Source: an uncultured cyanobacterium
GTDB taxonomy: Bacteria; Cyanobacteriota; Cyanobacteriia; Leptolyngbyales; Leptolyngbyaceae
DNA length: 64,000 nt
Assembly (NCBI GenBank): GCA_963766075.1
Contig: CAVYAN010000079.1
Span: 1 to 64,000, forward strand
Direction: 5' to 3'
The notes below the pieces were generated by a model, which had not been told where the DNA came from, did no database searches, and worked only from the letters and a program-made list of their open reading frames with translations. Within the stretch, counting starts at the first letter, position 1, and each line of letters opens with the position of its first letter. The position numbers and the translations under genes were made by a program. Of the stretch, positions 1 to 7,575 are shown piece after piece.

Positions 1-189
1 TATATAAGAGTAAAAAATCTTCAGTCAATCTTTATAAAGAATGCCCTGATTTTGCGACTCCTAACGATTCTGCATCACTTGACCAAAAGCTTAAACTACA
101 CGAAAACACTGAGCAAAGCCCCACGTGTCATTAGCATTCACTTTTCTCTGGCAAGGTAAGTAGGCGAGAACATCGATAAGGCAAAGCCC

Positions 190-325
190 GATCTCAGCTG
201 CAATTTTCCCCAACACCCGCTTCCGCCAAGCCGCATCCCGCCGCCGATCTCGCCGCACCTCCAACACCCGAATCCCTCCCTCCGGCAAAAGGTGCAGGCG
301 ATCGTGCAACCGTTGCCAAACTTGA
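190..325 (-). pseudogene. Orphan 3' fragment resembling the C-terminus of cyanobacterial MenD (SEPHCHC synthase)
   Basis: Translates VWQRLHDRLHLLPEGGIRVLEVRRDRRRDAAWRKRVLGKIAAEI, like the MenD tail pattern as I recall it (WxxLxxxLxxLPxxGIRVLExxxDRxxDAxWR). There is an in-frame stop just upstream and no room for the rest of the gene. Confidence 0.55.
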
Positions 326-465
326 CCTGAATCCCATCGCAGTCAAGCCAACACCAGAATTCCATAGCCCCAGGATCCAAAAAACGTCTGTACTGGGACT
401 CGTATTTTGCTCGATTTGGAGCCCTCTTTTAAGGGGAAAGTATCAGTACTCACACCGCAAAAAAA

Positions 466-505
466 CTGGTACCAGACTCTAGCAAGGTATAATCACTTTA
501 GGAGG
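466..505 (+). promoter_or_regulatory. Promoter/RBS of the TA operon with a possible operator palindrome
   Basis: Palindrome CTGGTACCAG 466-475, perfect TATAAT 488-493, AGGAGG 500-505 before ATG 515. Confidence 0.6.
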
Positions 506-514
506 TAGAACCCG

Positions 515-751
515 ATGGACACCGTATCCGTATCCGCTCATTTTGATGGCGAACGAATTTTATTAGACGAGCCGTTTGATCTAGAGCCAAACACAAGACT
601 GATTGTCACGATCCTACCCAAGCAGGATGCTGAACGTGAGTCGTGGCTGCGCTTATCGGGCAGCAGGCTAGAATCTGCCTATGGTGAAGACGAAGCAGAT
701 TACTCCCTCGATTTAATCAAAACAACGAATCCGGAATATGCAGGAAGCTGA
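515..751 (+). CDS. Putative type II antitoxin (AF2212/DUF104-like N-terminus, acidic C-terminus)
   Basis: 78 aa, AHFDGERILLDEPFDLEPNTRLIVTIL; strong RBS; overlaps the toxin start. Confidence 0.7.
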   Translation: MDTVSVSAHFDGERILLDEPFDLEPNTRLIVTILPKQDAERESWLRLSGSRLESAYGEDEADYSLDLIKTTNPEYAGS

Positions 752-1073
752 TGTGGTTCTAACACCGGTTCCCCAGGCAAATGGTGCAATCAAGAACCGT
801 CCAGCCATTGTTTTGCGAGAAATGCCCCCCTACAAGGATCTTTTGGTCTGTGGCATTAGTACCCAGTTGCATCAGCAAGTCCCTAGTTTCGACGAAATCA
901 TTTCGCCCTCTGATCCAGATTATGTTATCAGTGGTTTGAGAGCGGCATCTTTGATTCGCTTAGGGTTTTTAGCCGTGTTGCCTCGTCGCACTATCATCGG
1001 TTCCATCGGTGCGATTTCTTCAGAGCGCCATCAACGCTTGCTGACAACACTCAGTGATTATCTAATCATTTGA
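738..1073 (+). CDS. PemK/MazF family toxin
   Basis: DVVLTPVPQ..KNRPAIVL..VCGIST..SGLRAASLIRLG..IG PemK motifs; 111 aa. Confidence 0.85.
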   Translation: MQEADVVLTPVPQANGAIKNRPAIVLREMPPYKDLLVCGISTQLHQQVPSFDEIISPSDPDYVISGLRAASLIRLGFLAVLPRRTIIGSIGAISSERHQRLLTTLSDYLII

Positions 1074-1356
1074 GAGATTCTGTCAGCTAACACCAAAGAG
1101 ATTGTCGGCAAGCCACTGATACCAAAACAAAAGATTGTAGCGGTAGTTAAAGCCCGAATCCTCCAGGAATTTCCTTGTGTCAGTGTCTTTCGGTTTGGGC
1201 CCTTCTGGCTCCCACCGCACGCAAAACAAAAGAGGCACAGCAGGATGCTGTACCTCATTGGTCTCATCGCCAGAAATAGATCAAAATGTCCGTTCTGGCC
1301 CCACCAGGATACGCCGCCTTTCCGCCCTGATGGAAAAATGACAGCGCCGCAATCCC

Positions 1357-1797
1357 CTAATTCAGCACCGCCTGCTGGGCATTACCATTGCGCGAACCGT
1401 TAGCAGACTCCCCTAGAGTCGATGCCGGTGCTGCCATCATCGCTGTCGGTCCAGTCTTTGGCGGGGTGGATGCACTGCCGCGTTTGCGGGTCGAGCCCCC
1501 AGCCTTGGCATACTCCACACTCTGCTTACCATATTTGGTCATCACGCCCGTCAGCATCCGCTCCGACAGTTCTCCCAAGGCTTTCTCCATTTGCCCCACC
1601 GCATTGCGCGCTTCCTGCACATCGGACAAGAGCGTGTTGTAGGCGGCCAATTGGGCGCGGGTGGCCGCAATGGTGCGATCGTATTCCGCTACCGTTAGCC
1701 CATAGCCCAGATCCAGATTCTCATCAATTGACCTGAGCAACGCCAACCGTCGTTGGGCTTTATCCACAGAACCGGATCCGCGTGTTTTTAGAGACAT
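1357..1797 (-). CDS. Hypothetical helical/coiled-coil protein
   Basis: ATG 1797 with AAGGA RBS. KAQRRLALLRSID..LDLGYGLT..LSERML.GV..KYG..S.EY..AGG resembles an uncharacterised cyanobacterial family (from memory). Low-complexity tail. Confidence 0.8.
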   Translation of the reverse strand: MSLKTRGSGSVDKAQRRLALLRSIDENLDLGYGLTVAEYDRTIAATRAQLAAYNTLLSDVQEARNAVGQMEKALGELSERMLTGVMTKYGKQSVEYAKAGGSTRKRGSASTPPKTGPTAMMAAPASTLGESANGSRNGNAQQAVLN

Positions 1798-1961
1798 AAT
1801 CAATTCCTTAAATTTACTGCGTTTGCTTCTCTAACGTTAGCTTTAGCTGCATTCCAGCGAGATTCGGGATTTTAACGATCTGGTATCGTTTTAATATCAA
1901 GATTCTGTGTTTCTCCGTAAAACATCGCGATTTCCCTGGATCGGTTTTCCGCAACGGCGAG

Positions 1962-2188
1962 GGTCAAAACCGATTTAGCGATCGCAAAAGCCATTCCGGC
2001 GATCGCAAAAGCCATTTCGACTCTCGCAAAAGCCATTTCGGCTCTCGCAAAAGCCATTTCGGCTCTCGCAAAAGCCATTTCGGCTCTTGCAAAAGCCATT
2101 TCGGCTGTCGCGGAAACTGATTCGGCGATCGCAAAAGCCATTTCGGCTCTCGTCGAAACCGATGGGGCTGTCGCAAAAATCGATTTTC
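1962..2188. repeat. 21-bp tandem repeat array (CGCAAAAGCCATTTCGGCTCT), about 10-11 units including degenerate ones
   Basis: Units start at 1983, 2004, 2025, 2046, 2067, 2088, 2109, 2130 and 2151; degenerate units at 1962 and 2172. Confidence 0.95.
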
Positions 2189-2493
2189 TTTGTTATCAAG
2201 ATCCGGCTGGGGAGCCATTTGGCGGAAGCATCGGCTTTTCGGTAGCTTTGCAAAGCCAGCGTTGCGCCACGAGACACCCCAATGGGATTGCGATTGCCTG
2301 CGTCTATCCCATCGGTACTGTTTGAGCGGATGCGACTTGATGCGATCGCACCCAGCGGACAAACCTGTTGCTAGCGGTGTGATTTTTCAGCAATTCCACA
2401 TTCAAATGCTGAGTCATAGACCAAGCCCGAGCCATAGGTGCTTCTGGCAGCGTGGCGGGCGATGGAGTAGCCGATCTACCGAACCACCGAACC

Positions 2494-2551
2494 TTGGGGG
2501 ACTTCCCCCCAAACCCCCGCTTTTTGGGGGCCTAACTCCCCCAAGCCCCCC
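2494..2551. repeat. Pair of G-tract/C-tract REP-like hairpins
   Basis: TTGGGGGACTTCCCCCCAAACCCCC followed by TTTTGGGGGCCTAACTCCCCCAAGCCCCCC. Confidence 0.55.
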
Positions 2552-2762
2552 GAAAGGGATTGAGGGTGGGAGTGGAAGGCTGGGTTGACTAGACTTTAGG
2601 GTTAGATCGGGGATCTGTTGCACTCTCTAATGGAGACAGCCCTCTGGTGGGATAGCACGATTCGGGCTAGGCTCACCAGAGCGTTCTACGTCGGGTTGAA
2701 TTTGGCAGGGCGGGTGGTCGGCATCGGCAGTAGAAATCTGGGTGCTGTTGCATCCGCAGTTT

Positions 2763-3761
2763 CTACCCATGCCGTTTCTGATGCCAGTTCCAGGCATGGG
2801 TGATAATGGCATACAGATCCGCGTATTGGGGATTCCAGCCCAGAATTGCCTTGGCGCGATCGCTACTGCCCACCAATGCAGGTGGATCGCCCGGACGGCG
2901 ATCGCACTCCACCACCGGAATTTCCCGTCCGGTCACCTGCTGGGCCACATCAATCACTTCTTTAACGGAAAAGCCATTGCCATTGCCCAGGTTGAACAAC
3001 GTCGAGTCACCGCCCTGGAGCAAATGCTCCAACCCCAACACATGGGCCTGGGCCAAATCGGCCACATGGATATAGTCCCGCACACAGGTCCCATCCGGCG
3101 TGGGATAGTCCGTGCCAAAAATCGACACCGAGGCCCGTTTGCCCAAAGCCGTTTGCAACACCAGCGGAATCAAATGGGTTTCGGGATTGTGGTCTTCGCC
3201 CAATCGCCCCTCTGGATCGGCCCCAGCGGCATTGAAATAGCGGAAACATACCGATTTGAACGCGTAGGCTTTGTCAAAATCCGACAGCACCCGCTCGATC
3301 ATCAGCTTAGTGGCCCCATAGGGATTGATCGGGTCTTGGGGATGATCCTCGGGAATGGGCACCGTCTTGGGCACGCCGTAGGTGGCACAGGTCGAGGAAA
3401 AGACAAATTTTTGCAGATTGGCGGCTTGCATCGCCTCCAGTAGCGTTAGGGTGCCGACAAAGTTGTTGCGATAGTACTTGTCCGGATTGGTCACCGATTC
3501 CCCAACGTAGGCATAGGCGGCAAAATGCATGACTGCGGCAATGTCACGAGTGGCAAATAAATTGTCCAGCAGGGGGCGATCGCCCGTATCGCCTTGGATC
3601 AATTCCACCTGCAACACCTGCTCAGCAATATCGCGATGCCCATACACCAGGTTATCCAGGATAATCACCCCATAGCCCGCCTGTTTGAGGGCGAGCACCG
3701 CATGGGAGCCAATATAACCCGCGCCGCCCGTCACCAAAATCGTCGGTTTCGTCTGTGTCAT
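2763..3761 (-). CDS. galE: UDP-glucose 4-epimerase
   Basis: TGGAGYIGSH, HFAAYAYVGES, YGATK, RYFNAAGA, RDYIHV. Confidence 0.97.
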   Translation of the reverse strand: MTQTKPTILVTGGAGYIGSHAVLALKQAGYGVIILDNLVYGHRDIAEQVLQVELIQGDTGDRPLLDNLFATRDIAAVMHFAAYAYVGESVTNPDKYYRNNFVGTLTLLEAMQAANLQKFVFSSTCATYGVPKTVPIPEDHPQDPINPYGATKLMIERVLSDFDKAYAFKSVCFRYFNAAGADPEGRLGEDHNPETHLIPLVLQTALGKRASVSIFGTDYPTPDGTCVRDYIHVADLAQAHVLGLEHLLQGGDSTLFNLGNGNGFSVKEVIDVAQQVTGREIPVVECDRRPGDPPALVGSSDRAKAILGWNPQYADLYAIITHAWNWHQKRHG

Positions 3762-3879
3762 GGTGTTTTTTATCCTGCAATACTGAGTTCATCCTACCCA
3801 GTCTTTTCTATCACACGACACCCAGCGGATCCGGAAATCGCCAGCCCGTTTGCCAAAACATCGCAATCAGAACAAGTTA

Positions 3880-4449
3880 GGCGATTTTCAAGAAAAATTA
3901 TACCGACCGAGATTGCTCCCTGAGCGAAGTCGTAGTTCGCTTCCCGCAGGGTAGGGAGCAATCTCTCGCTGGCTGAGCGGAGCCGTAGTTCGCTTCCCGC
4001 AGGGTAGCCAGCAGCAGGTCTATTAGGGACTTCCCCATAAATAATCGTGCCATCCGATCGTCACACCCGCCCCGTGAATGAATGATATCGGTAGCGAATT
4101 GGAACAAGAAACATGAAAGCGCGATGTGAGCCTGATTGGCGATCGCATCATCCGCGCCAGAATGAAATTCGACGCTCTCAGGGCGAAGTCCGTTAGAAAC
4201 TGACTGGAGCGTTGACGATCTCCGGCTCAGTCCAGGTGATCGGATTGAATGCGGAGCCCAGGATCTGGCAGTCCACGGCCGGTGGACTTCGCACTGAGAC
4301 CCGCGCCGACTTCTAGTCCGGCGCGGGTTAGAGCGATCGCCGATGAATGTCCAAAGGCATCTTTCTCTCTTGAGTTCGCCACGGGCATCCTGAATGGCGG
4401 GCTTGGGATGATGATTGATTGGGAAGTCCCTTATTTGTCGGAAATCGCC
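3880..4449. mobile_element. Composite nested miniature element: outer GGCGATTTCC-type ends, inner CAGCAGGTCTA end, hairpin modules and an inserted MITE
   Basis: Left end GGCGATTTTCAAGAAA (3880) versus right end TTTGTCGGAAATCGCC (to 4449). Related copies at 7225, 23340, 28839 and 43452. Confidence 0.7.
4026..4430. mobile_element. MITE, 405 bp, GGGACTTCCC..GGGAAGTCCC terminal inverted repeats, TTA target duplication
   Basis: About 21-bp TIRs with 3 mismatches; TTA at 4023-4025 and 4431-4433; the empty-site sequence is present at 43529-43560. Confidence 0.85.
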
Positions 4450-4457
4450 TAGACCCG

Positions 4458-5579
4458 TCACCCCTTGGCCGTCTGCTGCACCAAGCTATGGCGCGTCGCC
4501 AGAGTCTTGAACAGGGTCAGGGCTTGGGCAACGACTTGATCCATGTTGTAGTACTTGTAGGTGGCGAGACGGCCCACAAAGTGGACATCGGCGGTCGCAT
4601 CTGCCAAGGCTTTATATTTTTTATACAGGTCCGCATTCTCGGGGCGCGGCACCGGATAGTAGGGATCACCCTCCGCGCGGGGATATTCGTACACAATGCT
4701 GGTTTTGGCATGCTCCTGACCAGTCAAGTATTTGAACTCGGTAATGCGGGTGTAAAGGTGCTCGTTGGGATAATTCACCACCGGAGCCGATTGAAACCGG
4801 GGCTGATTGACCGTTTCATGGTGAAACGCCAAGGAGCGGTAGGGCAGCTTGCCAAACCGAAAGTCAAAAAATTCGTCAATCGGGCCGCAGTAAATCATCT
4901 CTTTGAAGGGAATCATTTCCCGAATTTCCCGATAATCGGTGTTGAGCAGGATCTTGATTTGCGGATGGTTTAGCAGATTCTCGAACAGGTGGGTGTAGCC
5001 GTGTCGGGGCATGGCTTGATAGGTGTCGGTGAAATAGCGATCGTCGCGGTTGGTGCGGGTCGGCACGCGGGCAATCACCGACCGGTCCAGTTCGGATGGA
5101 TCCATATCCCACTGCTTGCGGGTGTAGTTGCGGAAGAATTTTTCGTACAACTCTCGCCCGACTTTACTAACCACAACATCCTCGGAGGTGCGGATGGTGT
5201 CCCGAGGTTCCGCCACTGACGCAAAGAACTCCTCAAGCTGAAAAGAAGTCAGGCTGAGGCCATACAGTTGATTGACCGTATCCAGGTTGATCGGGATGGG
5301 CACCTGTTGGCCGTCTACGCTAGCCAAAACGCGGTGCTCATAGGGCCGCCAAGGGGTGAACTGGGACAGGTACTCAAACACCTCGCGGGAATTGGTATGG
5401 AAGATGTGGGGACCGTATTTGTGAATCAGTAGGCCATCGGTATTGTACTGGTCGTAGGCATTGCCGCCGATGTGGTTGCGGCGATCGCAAATCAGCACGC
5501 GCTGGCCCAACTGACTGGCTAAGCGCTCTGCCAGTACACTCCCCGCAAAGCCCGCCCCAACAATCAAAAAATCAAACAT
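4458..5579 (-). CDS. glf: UDP-galactopyranose mutase
   Basis: IVGAGFAG, HKYGPHIFHTN, YTRKQW, GRLATYKYYNMDQ. Confidence 0.97.
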   Translation of the reverse strand: MFDFLIVGAGFAGSVLAERLASQLGQRVLICDRRNHIGGNAYDQYNTDGLLIHKYGPHIFHTNSREVFEYLSQFTPWRPYEHRVLASVDGQQVPIPINLDTVNQLYGLSLTSFQLEEFFASVAEPRDTIRTSEDVVVSKVGRELYEKFFRNYTRKQWDMDPSELDRSVIARVPTRTNRDDRYFTDTYQAMPRHGYTHLFENLLNHPQIKILLNTDYREIREMIPFKEMIYCGPIDEFFDFRFGKLPYRSLAFHHETVNQPRFQSAPVVNYPNEHLYTRITEFKYLTGQEHAKTSIVYEYPRAEGDPYYPVPRPENADLYKKYKALADATADVHFVGRLATYKYYNMDQVVAQALTLFKTLATRHSLVQQTAKG

Positions 5580-5635
5580 AAAAGACTCAGCAGGAAGACT
5601 CAGGAAAAATCATCGCCCCAGCTTTAGTCACTGGT

Positions 5636-6916
5636 TCAGACCTCAAGGCTTAGCTCTGCGGGCGTAGCAGCCTGATCGCCCAACAGTTGCTCATAAATCC
5701 GCTCCATTTGCTCCACCTTTCCTTTCCAGGAGAGGGTTTTTAGCAAATGCGCCTTGCCCAACGTGCCCATGGCGGGTAACTCCTCTCGGTGTTCAAAGGC
5801 CCACTGCAAGGCATTGGCCAGATTCTCGACCGTAGCATCATAGGTCTCACCCACGGGGGCTTTAATGCCAAACTGGGCCTCGATATGAAACTGACTGTCA
5901 ATGTCCAGGATAATGGCGGGCTTGCCCAGTAAGTAGCTTTCGGCCACCACCATGGCCCCGGAATCCCGGAAGGCCGTATAGCAGAGGGCATCGGCATCAT
6001 GGAGCAGCTTCAGCAGCTTGCGGCGCGGCAAGTACGTCGTAATTTCCACCGCCGATTCTAACTGCAAGTCCCGGCAGAGCTGCCGAATTTGCTGATCCAG
6101 AACGATTTCCCCCACGATGTGGAGATGAATGTGACAGTGGCGATCGCGGGCCCGCGCCAAAGCCCGCAAGGCCAACAACGGTCCTTTCCAGTCCAGCATC
6201 CGTCCCGGCATCACCAGGGTGAGCGTGTCAGCGCTACTGGGCCGCGATATCCCGTCCTCTGCCCCAAAGTCCACCACCTGCAAGTCGCCATCATCCACAT
6301 AGATCGCGGGCATCAGATAATTGTGCGGGTGGGGCTGGTTGCCCAGCATGGCCCGCTGGGTGGCCGGATTAGAAAACACGTAGGCCGTCTGGGGCCGAGG
6401 CCGAGTGGGAAACCCCAGCCGCACCTGGTATTCCAATCGGCGTAGCCCTTCCTTGAGCCGCGTCCGCCACTGCAAATCCTGAAACAGCGGCAGGGGAACC
6501 GTTTCCGCACCACCCACAGGACCAAAGACAAAGGGAATCCCCAGGCGATCGCCAAAGGACGGCGTCCGAAACTGGTTGTACACCACATGATGGACCAGAT
6601 CAAAGGGTTCCTGTTGGTGCAGTTCCTGGGCCACCTGCCCCGCCAACCACTGCCACAGGTAATAGTGGAATCGCCGTCGCATGCCGCGCGTGTACTCCCA
6701 ACGCTCCAGCCCTGCGGGCAAATTAACGTAGACAAACCGCGCCGGGGTCAGATGCCGATCCTGCTCGATCCGCGCCACCTTTTTTTCAGAATAGGTGAGC
6801 ACCGTGACATCGTGACGCTGCGATAGGTTGACCACCCAGCGCCAGCCGACGGCATCTTCTCCCCCAGCACCCGGAATGCAGGTATAGCTCGACAGTAGAA
6901 TTTTGAGCCGTTTCAT
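5636..6916 (-). CDS. Glycosyltransferase family 4
   Basis: ILLSSYTCIP..GW N-terminus, GRMLDWKG, RDSGAMVVAES; likely start ATG 6916. Confidence 0.9.
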   Translation of the reverse strand: MKRLKILLSSYTCIPGAGGEDAVGWRWVVNLSQRHDVTVLTYSEKKVARIEQDRHLTPARFVYVNLPAGLERWEYTRGMRRRFHYYLWQWLAGQVAQELHQQEPFDLVHHVVYNQFRTPSFGDRLGIPFVFGPVGGAETVPLPLFQDLQWRTRLKEGLRRLEYQVRLGFPTRPRPQTAYVFSNPATQRAMLGNQPHPHNYLMPAIYVDDGDLQVVDFGAEDGISRPSSADTLTLVMPGRMLDWKGPLLALRALARARDRHCHIHLHIVGEIVLDQQIRQLCRDLQLESAVEITTYLPRRKLLKLLHDADALCYTAFRDSGAMVVAESYLLGKPAIILDIDSQFHIEAQFGIKAPVGETYDATVENLANALQWAFEHREELPAMGTLGKAHLLKTLSWKGKVEQMERIYEQLLGDQAATPAELSLEV

Positions 6917-7224
6917 GGGAACCACTGCGGTGAATTTTGGACTGCGGCGAGAGCGCTACGTCGAACAATTTTAGATTTTGGATTAGATTTTGGCTCGTCA
7001 CCCATTTGGCTTGTCACCAAAACGCTCCACTACAGCGGTGCGATCGCCCTCCACAAGCATACTCTGGGGGATAATTCCCTTTCTGGATGATTACGTTGGG
7101 CGATTAACGCTGGGTCGGTGGAAGCAGGGAGTTTTCACTAGGCGATCGTATTCAGGCACAATCCGAGAAATCTAGAATGTCGCGTCGATCTTCATGCCCC
7201 CTTTATATCTACATCAGAAGGTTA

Positions 7225-7400
7225 GGTGATTTCCAAGAAACAATATACCTGCTGCTGCATATACCTGTTGCTCCCTGAGCGGAGTCGAAGGGAGCAAGTC
7301 GAAGGGAGCGGAGTCGAAGGGAGCGGAGTCGAAAGCAGCGGAGTCGAAAGCAGCGGAGTCGAATAAGTCTGGTTGCTGCATATCACAATCAGCAGGCATA
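7225..7400. mobile_element. Copy of the miniature element family with a tandemly amplified 15-bp core
   Basis: GGTGATTTCCAAGAAA left end; TATACCTGCTG (7244) and CAGCAGGCATA (7390-7400) form an inverted pair; six GAGCGGAGTCGAAGG-like units at 7277-7363. Confidence 0.75.
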
Positions 7401-7575
7401 CAGAAGGTCAATCATGGCTCTGCATAGGGTTACGATCAGGTCTAGCCAGAACCGCTCCGAGACTCTACAGTGGAACTGCCCAAGTGGAACTGCCCATGCG
7501 GTCTGGTCGTTTTTGCTGGCTATCTTCCTGCTGTAATCTCTTCCTAATGTAAATTCCTCATAGCGGTGTTGTCCT

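Noticed and set aside
1058..1267. 69-aa ORF with a lipoprotein-like leader
   Set aside because: Short, overlaps the toxin end and has no recognisable family; cannot be supported.
1962..2188. CRISPR array
   Set aside because: Units are contiguous with no unique spacers, and there are no cas genes in the window.
1872..2362. Three repeat-derived ORFs (MAFARAE, EPKWLLR, ESRNGFC) as genes
   Set aside because: They are open only because the repeat lacks stops; no RBS or recognisable domain. Kept only as a hypothesis in the findings.
3898..4461. 187-aa ORF between glf and galE
   Set aside because: It runs through the nested repeat/MITE (LATLREANY is also seen at 28779-29060); spurious.
7277..7363. 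CRISPR or coding repeat (FDSAA)
   Set aside because: A tandem amplification of the dispersed hairpin repeat; no spacers.
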